A stretch of DNA of 52,863 nucleotides from Neoconidiobolus thromboides FSU 785 (taxonomy: Eukaryota; Fungi; Entomophthoromycota): contig MU626397.1 of NCBI GenBank assembly GCA_025603075.1, positions 1 to 52,863 of the forward strand. Direction: 5' to 3'. The position numbers and the translations under genes are program-made. The notes below the pieces were generated by a model, which worked only from the letters and a program-made list of their open reading frames with translations, did not search any database and had not been told where the DNA came from. Of the stretch, positions 26,322 to 38,488 are shown in pieces. How positions within the stretch are numbered: the stretch's first letter is position 1; every line of letters begins with the position of its first letter.

Positions 26322-28459
26322 TCATATTAAATAAAACTTAAAATGGGTATATATTAACCAGTTTATTGTACTAGCATCCTCAACCAAATCATCAGTACGA
26401 TATAAACAGCGATCAGGTTCTCTTGTTAAAAAATCCAATATGATAGGTTTTCCATTTTCATCTGGTAAATAAGGGTATACTTGTTTAAGTGTGACTTTAA
26501 AATTTGTTTGAACTGGGAATGCTTTAGGTACAAAAGATGGTCTTGAAGCAAACTTAACATTTGTATAATATGAGTAAATTCGACAAAATTTAATGTTATT
26601 GATTGGATCAGCAGTAGATTTATATAAGTTCAAATACCTGCTAGTTCTTTTAATTCATTTAAAAATAAGCTACAAATTGAATAACAAATTAAATTAGATA
26701 GTATTAGAACATTTTCTAATTCAAACGGAATCTCATCATTGTTGCTATTAAATATTAACATAAAATCTTCAGAACCGCAATCATTAAAAAAAAAGTTAGC
26801 ATGTCTGTCTTCTAAATCGCTTTTGACACTGGTTTTAGGTAGCAGCTGAAAAACATCTTTATATTGAGTCCTGTCGGTCTTGTAGTCGTCAGATAGATTG
26901 TATCCACATCATATGTAGTTAGTTTGTCATTAAACGCCATTGGGGGTAATCAGCAGGTCTAGATACATATCAGGCCTAAACGACTCGATTTCTTTATCCA
27001 ATATGTATTTTATAGTAGAACAGCCATGGCATACTGTACTGTCACCGTTGATATCAATACCAATAATCAGTTTTTTGAAACTATATTGCTTAAATAGCTT
27101 AAATCCTCTCATGATTTCCTTTTTAAATCCAAGGCTATTGTTTGCCAAATCGAAATCTTGTATTACAAAAACGTCAATATCTTTATTGAAAATATAGAAA
27201 CTAGAAAATCTCTAACTAATGATAGATTATTGACTTTAGTTTTTGGTAATTCAAATGATTCTTTCACTTCATCGCTAATATCTATATGGGAATATATTTT
27301 TTGTTTAAGAACTTTACTAATAATCTTTCCACTCAAATAGTGCTTAAAAAATAGGAAAAGTGATAAGCTCAAAAATAGCATCCTCCTATCCTTTTCAACA
27401 TTTTTTTAGTTCATTTGATATAGCTTTGACCATTTTGGATTTACTTTTTTCAACTTTCAACATTTTTTCTACTGTTTCTTTGCTTATATTTTGACTGGAT
27501 GCAATAAGTGCTGTTCTATAGTTTACTTTGGGTGCGAGTATTTTTGATAGTAATCTCTATTATCTTTAAACTTTTTACTACCAAATAAGGAAATATGTAG
27601 AGCTTTTATAACCTCTTTTCTCCCTTTTATGTTTATTTCAAATATAACTTTGTTTCTAGAAGGTAGAATAATTGTCTGTAAAAAGGTGCTTTTTATTTTA
27701 CTTATAATTCCTTTTGACAACAAATCGCAATATAAGTCCACATTTACTCTTAAAAGTATATTACGAGAAACATAATTTATAGCGCCAGCATTCTTTTCAA
27801 TTGGGAGTATCAAATCCATACCATCTATTTTTTGAACATCAGCTCTATCAAATTCCTTAATGCCAATTCTTAAACTTTCCCAGTTTTTAACTTGGAATTC
27901 TTCAAAACGATAGCCGCCTTTAACTAACAAGTTATTATCTTGTTCAATAGTATTAAGTAGGAAAGGTGATATAAAGTAAAAGACCAATAGTACTTAGAAA
28001 TACAGAAAGCGTACCCATCTATTAACTTATTAAATATTTTGAAGACATTTGTTTGGAGTACCATATCTATAGTACACTTTTTCTCTCTTAACAATCCTAA
28101 AGTTACTCAAATATCCAAAACTTAACCTTTGATCTTAAGATTAAAAGGAAAGCTATTCTACCCCTCTAAGGCCTACTTATATGAACATACTTTCGCTTTT
28201 TTGTCGATTCCACCACATTAATTACTTACAGTACCTAGACTCTCTGGTTTACCATTAGAAATTTGCTCTAAAAAGGATTGTTGGCCGTTTTCTTGAGAAT
28301 CACGCTTTTTATATTCCTTCTTTACTTTAAGCTTTGTTTTGGTTGAGTTACTGGCACCATTTGAAATTTTTTGGGGGTAAGCTTGATTGCTTTACGAGTA
28401 GGAGTCTCATTAATTAATAAACAGGATCCTAAAACAAATAGTAAATAGTTAAGATTTAT
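26322..28459 (-). pseudogene. Decayed secreted peptidase S41-like gene, copy 2
   Basis: Start eroded to ATA (INLNYLLFVLGSCLLINE); KKLIIGIDINGDSTVCHG; IPFELENVLILSNLICYSICSLFLNELKELAGI*; PKAFPVQTNFKVTLKQVY..DFLTREPDRCLY; many stops and frameshifts. Confidence 0.7.
27288..27385 (+). mobile_element. MITE family A copy inserted into S41-like copy 2
   Basis: ATAT|GGGAATAT...CATCCTC|CTAT; the equivalent site in copy 1 carries a single ATAT. Confidence 0.85.
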
Positions 28460-29119
28460 TATTTTAATATTAATCAAAAATTGAATAACAATAAGTAGAC
28501 TAATTTTTTAACTCCTTTTATGATATTTTATTTTTATTACGTGGCTTTCGTTTTTCACTTTTGTTTCAATATAGTATCAAATGGTTACCGTTGGATTTTT
28601 TTATTGTTATTACAGCTTTTAGTAAAAAACATGTTATATTAACGATGATTAATTTAACATGACTATAGTTGTCTATATGAATCGCAGCAATTATCAAATT
28701 CAAAATACATATGTAGTATCTTAGTATAACTCAAGCTATTCTATAGTAAACTCAGTATATCATATAACTTAAACAATTAATTAAACCAGGAATTTATTAC
28801 TATAAATCCATTATAAAATTAGAGATACAATACAACAGTTTAATATTTGGAATCAAGGTTATTAACTATTTTAATTGTCAAAGTGATTACATGATTGCGT
28901 ACAGAGTAACACAGCAGCATATTAAATATCATGTTTTACTTTAAATGTTAAACAAGAATTATTGCATAATGTATATAATAAGTCCCACTATCATATTAAA
29001 TCGTTGTTTTATATTAGTATTTAAAACAGTGTCATTATAAGTTAAGTTTATAGCCACCTTTTTTTAGAACGAGAGTATAATAAACAATGCTAGAATATAA
29101 CAAACACTAATAACAATAC

Positions 29120-29217
29120 GGGAATGTATTTTTGTATTTAAGGATTTTACTAATAATCTTTCTACTCAAATAGTGCTTAAAAGATGGAAAAAGTAATGAA
29201 TCCAAAAAAACATCCCC
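29120..29217 (+). mobile_element. MITE family A copy
   Basis: ATAC|GGGAATG...CATCCCC|CTAT. Confidence 0.88.
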
Positions 29218-30291
29218 CTATTTGTAGCTAAAACTATTTAAACATTTTCTATAACTTGAAAGATGTCAGATAAATATAATTAAAACTTCATAAATACGTT
29301 TATTGTTAAACGATCATTACTTTATGTGTATTTAGCTGCCTTGCTATTAAATTATAATTCAATGGATTTTAGAAAAACAAATAACCGTAGCCTATATTCA
29401 AGTAAAGAGAGCTAAAGCAGGTTATAAGAAATTGAAATAAACAGGAAGGTTGTAATTTAATTAATTAAAGTAGTTGAAAGCAATAAACACGCCTAAATAG
29501 GTACTAAAATGATATAGTAGTCTTTTTTGAATAGCTTTAATAGAATATACTAAAAAAGTAAAGTCCCAACATAGTGGATGGTTAAGCGATAATGAAAGAA
29601 TAATTTGATACCAAATTTTTTTGGTATAGATAATAGCAGTTTATATTTATACTGTGGTTGATTTAAATTAAAGCTTTTTTAAATTTGAAACATCCGATCG
29701 TTGTTAATTTTCAATAATCAATATTATCATTATACCGGGATTTGGTATTCTTTAAAAAAGGGACAGTCAAAGTTCATGAAAGTCACGGTAAACATAAACA
29801 GTCTATAAAAAGCGAAGTATCTATTTATCTAGGAATTTTACCCACCCATAAACTTTCGCCAATTTTTATCTCATATTCTTTGTTTACTATTAGTAATTTA
29901 TTTTGATATTCTTAAATTGATAGAGTTTGGTTTCAGTGGCACTTTAGGTAAACTAAGTTATTGTAAAGGATCCAGAACTCACAGTTCTAGCATAAGCTGT
30001 TAGCCAATAATGAAAAAATAAACCGTATTTTTTTACTAATAAATTTAAAAAAAGGGTGGTCTGTATTTAATTAATAAAGGTCATCATTAGAATTAAAGTC
30101 ATTTGGTATTAATTATAAGAATAACGAGTTATTTTAAGGAACATAATTTTTACTACAGTCATAAATCTTGTTAAATTTAATAAAAGATGACCAAATTAAA
30201 TACGTTGAATATTATATATAAACAAAGAAGGCTCTTTTAGCTTTTTTTCATTTTTTATAACTTTAATCTGTAATAATACATTCGAAATAAA

Positions 30292-31308
30292 ATGGCAGAC
30301 TTAGGAATAAGTTTATCTATAGACATAATCATGTTTTTGTTATCCTTTGTAGCATTGGGATGTAGTGGATTAGTATTTTATATTAGTATTTTTAGAAATG
30401 GTATGAGAGGAGCTGACTTCTTACCAATAATTATAATGTGTACATTAGATAGTTTTATGGGAATTTCGTGGATTGTTTTTGATTTTATGAAATGGATATC
30501 AAATTATGAGATAATAAAAGACGAGAACATTGCTTGTCAAATTCAAGCTGTCATTTCATTAGGAGTTTTGGAAGCTTCAATAGACTGTGCTACTATCTTA
30601 GCTATTTTAAGATTTGTAGTTATTGTTTTCCAAATTAAAATTAACAAGAAGTATTTCAATATCATAACTGTTGTTATGGTGTCGTTATCATTATCTTTAG
30701 CAATAACATCAGGGTCTTATAAATCAGGGAGATTAATGCCAACTAATAGTTATTGTGAATTAATAACATTGGAGAAAATACCGTTTAACACATTTTATAG
30801 TAAATGGTTATTAGTAAGAATCTTACTACTACCCTCTATTATCATACTGTGCTATAGTGGAATATTAATCAAGTACATTAATATATATAGAAATTTAAAA
30901 TATATAAAATTTGACATTCCCATGGACCAAACTCGATCAAGCAACAGTATAAGCGACGCTCGACTATATGTTGAATCAATGGATAGTGTACGACGAAGCA
31001 TTATATACTTATTTATAGGTAAGACAGCATTTTGTTATAAAATTGGAACTTATAAATTAATGTTAATTTTAGGTATAATAGCGTATGCCTTAGTATTTGC
31101 GCCAAGTTATGTAACAAATGTGGTGCAGGAAATAACCCAAGCAGATAATCGTGAAATCTGGGTCGATGCTATTGTTATACTATCAATCATGTCTATTATT
31201 TTGATCAACCCAGTTTTTGCTCTTTTAGTACACGACGAAACCAAAGTTGAAATGCACCGTATTTTTGATAGCTGGAAGCTACCTTCTAAAGCTAATTTAT
31301 TTGAGTGA
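30292..31308 (+). CDS. Class-A-like 7TM receptor (GPCR), paralog 2, 2 exons
   Basis: Closely similar to paralog 1; intron 31019-31072 (54 nt, stop-free) is read through in the ORF track. Confidence 0.8.
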   Translation: MADLGISLSIDIIMFLLSFVALGCSGLVFYISIFRNGMRGADFLPIIIMCTLDSFMGISWIVFDFMKWISNYEIIKDENIACQIQAVISLGVLEASIDCATILAILRFVVIVFQIKINKKYFNIITVVMVSLSLSLAITSGSYKSGRLMPTNSYCELITLEKIPFNTFYSKWLLVRILLLPSIIILCYSGILIKYINIYRNLKYIKFDIPMDQTRSSNSISDARLYVESMDSVRRSIIYLFIGKTAFCYKIGTYKLMLILGIIAYALVFAPSYVTNVVQEITQADNREIWVDAIVILSIMSIILINPVFALLVHDETKVEMHRIFDSWKLPSKANLFE

Positions 31309-32082
31309 TTATATTTATATGAATATAAGATTAGACGAGCATACTTTGATGTATTATTTATTGTATATTGGGTAGCATAAAAAATAATTTAACATATTCA
31401 CCAAAAAAAAATTTATAACAGTTCATGATAGATATTTAAAAATTCGAATTAACTTTATCCTGGACTAATTAATAAAATTTAATATTTGAGTTTAATATTT
31501 ATTCTTTCATATTCTTTTACAATGCCACTATTTACCAATTTGCTTTATTATTATTGCTTAATAGATTCTCATTTCAAAGAATAAAGCGTTACTTTATAAC
31601 TTAGTTATCAACCTTATCTTTTTGTGTATTTTTTATGAGGTTTTATACATTCCAGCATATAAACAAGTTTTTGCATAAACGGTTTTCTGTGAAATTCTTT
31701 TCGTTAAACCCATTACCTTTCTAGTTAGAAATTTGGCCTTTGTGTGCAATTTGTCCATCTTTAAAGGTGCTGGTTCACTTATTTCGCACTATGGCTAAAA
31801 ACCGTTATCTATATAGATTATTAATTGGTTATCTTGCTTCAATTTGTCTTTTTACTATATCCATATAGCTATATGACTACTACTCAAATAAAGTAATAGC
31901 TTTATGTATCATTAAGTAAGAAGATAATTTGGATATTAGAAAAAAATTTAAAACTCAGTAAAAATAAAAAAATAAAATTTACAGTGATTTATGTTTAACT
32001 GTAAAATCCATATAGGAGTGCTCCATTCTAGTTTTATTAATTTTGTCGCTTTTCTGTAGCGTAAAATAAAAAACAATGAAAT

Positions 32083-32178
32083 GAGGTTATTTTTTTTAGT
32101 TTCGCTATTTTCCGTTTTTTAAGCGCCATTTGAGTGAAAAGAGTGTAGTAAAATTCTTAAACAAAAAAACATATCCCC
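32083..32178 (-). mobile_element. MITE family A copy
   Basis: AAAT|GAGGTT...ATCCCC|AAAT. Confidence 0.85.
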
Positions 32179-34259
32179 AAATATTGAAACTGAAATATGG
32201 ATAGACAGCTACTTTATATAATTACAGCACTAAGTCAGATTAGAGTTTCAAAATAAGTAACAATCTTATTGGATGAATTGAAGACTTCTGAAAGGTGTTT
32301 AAATTTTGACAAAACCATATTAATAGTTTAAAATTTGAACAGTTTATCTAATAATTATTGATAAATTTGCACATAAAATAATTAAGAGTTTAAGCAAAAC
32401 TCTTCCATGGTTTTAATTAATGTCAATTTTATATATTACAATTTTAGCTTACATTTCCAATTATACAAAGCATATTTTTTTAAAAATTACTATATAAAAA
32501 TTAAACAATATATCTATCAAAATAAACTTTGCTTTGAATCATTTATCCTGGCATTTGTATGATATAGACCCTCTATGCTATTGTCTTTATAATATTAGTA
32601 GTTTAATTTAACATTACTTCAAAGTTTTAGTGTAAAAATTAAAAATTCACAATATTATAGCTATAAGCCACTTTCAAAATTAAAATAGTATTTAAGGTTA
32701 ATCGTAAACATCCGCTTTGGTAATAAAAGCAATAAAAAACCAAGAACCTCTTTTCACTTAATATACTTAATATACTTAATATATCTTCTCTTGTCATTTA
32801 TTATCGTTTCAGGTTTATACCACAAATATATCTTATAAAAGAAATTTTGACTTTCAAAATATACCAAATCCCAAATCCCCAATTTAAAAAATAAGGATTT
32901 AAAAGTTTATATAAACTTTATGCTCAAAATTGACAAATGAATTGTTTATTTAAATGATATAGTAGTATATAGCTCATTATTTTATGATAAGACAATACTT
33001 TTAGTTTACAAGCTATAAGGCGATCAATATTGAGTAGTTTAGCGCTAAAAGTAAAACAAACAATTCAGTTTTATTAATAAATTAGTTTTCATTTCTACAT
33101 TATAGCCTATAACCACCAAATTTAGGCTACTTTATAAATGGTTACTATGATCTTATTAAAACTTGAATTCTTTTACAACCTCTAAATTTGGTAGTTTACT
33201 TTCTCTCCCTTGTTTTCTAAATTCAAAGCAAGTTTAGCGTAAAAACTCGAGTTGTAAAGTTGTAATTAGGCAATAAAAGCTGCTAGAATTATAGTGGTGG
33301 AAAAAGTTCTAGTTTCGATATATTGAATGCAAGGTTATAGCTACAAGCTAATGATGTTGAAGATGTATTAAGTAGGTTTTTTTTGTCATTTTATTATGAT
33401 AAGCTAGGTTCGAGTTAAATCTATGTAACAAATATTGCTAAAAACTTAAAAAGAATGATTCAAAATAAACACTTAACTTTTATTTCTTGATTCTTTTTAT
33501 AAGGTTTTAATAGATAAGAAAAAAGTAAATTACCATATTTGGTTAGATGGATCTGAGGTTATTTTATCCCTGACTTAAATTTTATACTGAATATTGTGAG
33601 ATTTCTTATTCAACATTATTATAAAACATAACTTTCATTATGAGTAATTTTATATATGTTATGTTTTGAAGCTATGAATATAGAAAAAAAACTATTATTT
33701 TAAATGACGTAAATTTATTTTACAAATGGGCGATAATAAATCTTAACTCATTTTTTTGGTGTGGAAAAAAATGAAATTATTAAATCAATCAAAAATAAAG
33801 TTTGAAAAAACTGCATCCCTTATTGCCTTGCATAGTTTTATAATTTAATAAATGACAAAGGAAAAATGATAATAAATTTGTACATTTTTTTCGATTTTAT
33901 TAAATAAGTTAAGAATACTGTAAAAGCCACCCTAAATGTTTTTGATAAATTTAGAAATTGATGGTTTAGCTAAAAGTGAAACTTTACAATTAAATTCAAA
34001 ATTCTATCAAGTGACACGAATAAACCCGATTAATAACAATGTTTAAATGCAATCTATGGAACCAGATGATAAGGGATTGCATGCCTCAAAAAATACATTT
34101 TATTGGTGGGTTATTGGGGAGGTGGTACCTGAACTTCGTTGGGGTGGCGGAGTTCTTATTTAGTATTTTTACTTTTAATGTTTTAAAGTATGGTATATAT
34201 AGCCTTTGAAGTAGAACACTGAATTATAAAAAAATAACAAACATTAACAATTACTAGCT

Positions 34260-36079
34260 ATGGGATTACTGACAACAGGTGTACCATTAGAGTGGGATGA
34301 GATCGTTCCATATTCTAAATTAATCAAAGAGAGAGGAATTCAGCAGTTTATTTCTTTATACAAGCGTAATAGCAGCCGTAAGAATGATGTTTTAACTTGG
34401 GGAGATGAGATTGAATATTTTGTTGTCAAAATGAATCATTTTAAAAAGCAAGCTTATTTATCTACCATTTCCCACGAATTGTTGCCTGTCCTACAACAAG
34501 AGGAAGAAGAAGGGCTAAAAAGTGGAAGGTAGCTTTATTTTAATTTACTTCATTTAATATTCTAATTTAATTTAGTAATTTTGATACTTGTTGGAGATCC
34601 GAATTCGCTAAATTTATGCTGGAGGGCACTCCAGGAGGACCATATTCTGGCCAACTTAATGGTTTATTGCAAGTTGAAAAAAACATGAGAACTCGTAGAA
34701 TTCGAGTACTTAGTGAACTTGAAGAAAATCAAACCGTCTTAACCGTTTCCAACTTCTTTTCATTAGGGAGTGATAATGTGAAGCATTTAGATATTGATAG
34801 CAGTTTGGATAACAACGTGTACACTCAAAGCAGCTATTTACCTGATAAAATGATTCACCCTCACCCAAGGTATGCTAGCTTATCCAAGAACTTAAGATTG
34901 AGAAAAGGTAGTAAAGCAACATTCCAATTACCTATTTACAGAGATATAAATACTCCAAAAGCTTTATTATTTTCACAAGATCAATCTGCTTTAGAGTTAG
35001 ATACCGTTGGGTTCGCCGCTTCTTGCTGCTGTCTTCAGGTTACTTTCCAACTTCCTAGTTTTGAAGCCGCTACCTTTGCTTATGATGCTTTTATTCCAAT
35101 TGCTCCTATCTTTTTAGCTTTAACTGCTAACACCCCAATGATGAAAGGATACCTTGCCAATATGGACACTCGATTCAATTATTTAAAAAATTTAATTGAC
35201 TGCCGAAGATCGGATGAGCAAGATCAAAAATCAAGATATGACTCATGTTCTTTATATATTGGAGAGAATTCATATTTTAACCAACAATTTAATGACATTA
35301 ATTTACAGCAAGACTCAGAACTAAAAGAAACTCTTCAAAAGGCTAAAATTCCAGAGAATGTAAGCCACCATTTAGCTACAATATTCAACAATGATCCTTT
35401 AATCATATTTGAAGAAAACATAACTGAGTTTGATCCAACAGATAATAGTCACTTTGAAAACATTCAATCCACTGTATGGCAAACCGTACGTTTCAAGCCA
35501 CCTACTCCAGATGCTAAAATAGGCTGGAGAGTCGAATTCCGTCCAATGGAAGTCCAGTTAACTGATTTTGAAAACGCTGCTTTTGCTGTGTTTATTAATC
35601 TATTGCTTCGTGCCATTTTAAAATTCAGGCCTAACTTTTATATGCCTATCTCTAAGGTAGATGAAAATATAGATCTAGCCTGTAAAAGAGATGCTATTAA
35701 AACTGAAGTGTTTATGTTCCCTAACAATAATGGGAAGCTTGCTAAGTTTAATATTAATAGAATCATGAATGGCGGCAATAACATCGAAGGGTTGATTCCA
35801 TTAGTACAAAGGTATTTAAAAGAGGAAGACATTGAAATGAGTCTAAATACTAAGTTACAATCATATATCAACTTCATTAGCGATAGATCCAAAGGAAAGC
35901 TTATGAGTGGGGCTAATTTCCTAAGACAGATGGTATTGAATCATCCAGATTATTTAAAAGATTCCAAATTAAACGATACTATCAATTATGATCTTATTCA
36001 AATGATCGATAAATTAGGAAAAGGATATTACAACCTTGCCCCTCAACTATTAGGAAAGTACCACAAAGCTTCCAACTAA
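34260..36079 (+). CDS. GSH1: Glutamate-cysteine ligase catalytic subunit, 2 exons
   Basis: MGLL..G.PL.W, LTWGDEIEY, MLEGTPG.PY, CCCLQVTFQ, KSRYDS, FENIQST.WQT.RFKPP, GWRVEFRPMEVQLTDFENAAF; intron 34529-34575. Confidence 0.93.
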
Positions 36080-37383
36080 CTCATTTCTTTATTTCTTAAT
36101 TCTTTATTTTCGTTTTATTAAATTTATTTAACTTTTAAAAATTTGAAGTTTTTATCACATTAATATAAATAGTCTGAATTCGGATTGTGTAAATGAATTA
36201 TTTTTTTACATCTATTTTGTTAAAATATTATACACAGTAATTCAATTACAATTCATTAAAACTATGTTTTTAATATAATTAGGATATCATAACTTTAATC
36301 ATTTTGTTCTTAACATTAACATTATTTTATATTGAACTAAATAATTGAGCAAAAAATAGTTAAAGCTCTCTTAAATACGCTTTACATGTAAATAACTCTT
36401 TCAATAGCTTAACCCCTGTATATAACTTTACTGTACAGTTGACAATAGTTGTAGGTAAATTTATCTTTGAATATTTGTTGACCAATTATTTGGTTTAATT
36501 AAGTAGCAATAAAATTTAAAAACTATCAGTTTACTATTGAAATAAAAAACATCTCAATCTAACTTTTTTTCACTATAAAATTTTTATCATTCATATAATA
36601 TAGTAAATGATGGATCTTGCTCCTGTACATTGTTGTTTCTTGGTAGCAAATAAAATTTAGATATAAATTTAGACTTTTTGTGGTTGTGTTTTCTATTTTT
36701 TATTACAATAGCAGTTAATGTTACATTCAAACATATGCCATATTTATACATTTGCTTCACTTTATGTTAGAATACTAAAATTTCAAATTCTTTGTATTAA
36801 AATATTTGAGTAGAAACAACATACTCAAGTTAATGTAATAATAGTCACTTATTCTTACATTCAAATCAATCGATTCTAATTTTGTAATTATTAGCTTCAA
36901 AAACGACATCCACATGCCCAACTAGCTTTATGATATTAATTTATAAGTAATATAAATATATTTTGTCTTAAACCTCCACTTAAGGTGCACACCTCAATAA
37001 AGATTTTATCATTATAAAAACTAACCTATAGCTTACACTAAAACAATTAATTAGGTTGTTTAACATCTTACTGTCTAAGCGATCATTAAATTAGTTATTT
37101 AAGATATTAGATAATATTACATAATATAGAAGCCAATCGATTCTTAGTCTTTATATTTGAATTCTTGATTAAAATCGAAACATTGTTTTCAGCTGGTTTT
37201 CATTATTACACCAAAGCTTAATATTTTTAATTGATATACTTTGAGTGAAATAGTAAAGTGGCAATAGCTGATGAAAATTCGACTAAACTATAGATGTTTT
37301 GCATGTTTGAATTTATTAATATTATTAGTGTATTTTAGATATGGTTTCTCTTACATAACTTGATAGTTTTATGAACTAAACAT

Positions 37384-37475
37384 GGGTACATTTTTTTGGT
37401 TTTGTTACTTTTTCATTTTCTAAGTGGTATTTGAATAGAAAGATTGTTAGTAAAATTGCTAAAAAAAATATCCCT
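37384..37475 (-). mobile_element. MITE family A copy (diverged)
   Basis: ACAT|GGGTACATTTTTTTGG...ATCCCT|ATAT. Confidence 0.75.
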
Positions 37476-38488
37476 ATATGGTTGTAATTAGTGAAAACTT
37501 AATTTTTTGGGTATAGGATTTCTTAAAAGTTCTATTTGATTGGATCAGGATTTTTGATCGATTCTTGGTTATTAAAGGATAATCTTTAATTAGCCAGGAC
37601 TAATTTAATGAGTAATGTTTGCCATAATTTTATTCTGACCTACAAAAATCTGACAAACACTGCTCATTTACAGTAGCCAAGTGATTGATTACGTAGTAAC
37701 GTTAATTTATGAAGCCATCAAATTATATAAGGGAATTACAATTTAAATTATATCAGTACTAAACGACAAGTTCTCCAACCATTGTACTTTAGAACAGCTT
37801 GAAGTAGATGCTTTTCATTTTTTGATTTACATCTAACTTTTTCTAATATGAATTTAAGGGCTCCAGCTTTTATCTTAAATTCATTAAAAATTTTAACTCC
37901 AAACTAAAAACAATAAAAGACATTTTATTTAACTGCAAATTGGTCTACTCCAATTCGTTTATGTTGATTATAGAGTATGACTTTTGAATTACTGGAAGGA
38001 AACAAGGTTATGCATGAGTAAACGTATTATATTAAATTATTCATATTTCAAATAAAAATATTACCCGCTAGACTATTATCACTTGACAGCTTAAAAAAAA
38101 TTGACCCGATTGGTTAAAATTTCAAAATTTTCACTAAAAATTATAAAGAATATACTAAATTTTAAAGATACCTTTACCCGATAACCTGTCGTTATGTAAA
38201 CACTTAGTAAATTTTGCCCGCTTTTTGTTATAATTTTAACGCTTTCAATTTATTGAAATTAAATCAAATACTACCAAATAGAGCTAGAGAACCAATGGAG
38301 ATAATGAAGAAATTCTATAGAACTACATTAGTAACCTAAAAAACAAGACCAATTATGAAAACTATCGATGACTTCAACATGTTGCATGGAATCCTAAGGA
38401 CGGTAGTATTCTAAACAAACTAAATACATACTATAAATAGCGCACCCAGATGTCAAATCAACAACATTAAAACAAACACCATTCAATT

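Noticed and set aside
31600-31900. Protein-like broken frames on the minus strand
   Set aside because: No family recognised; multiple stops in all frames
32755-32785. (CTTAATATA)x3 microrepeat
   Set aside because: Short and expected in very AT-rich DNA
34100-34160. Short G-rich patch upstream of GSH1 as tRNA or snRNA
   Set aside because: No cloverleaf, T-loop or Sm site; more likely promoter or UTR sequence
38250-38410. Fragment reading ...HVAWNPKDGSIL (WD40-like)
   Set aside because: Single short motif among stops; too little to call
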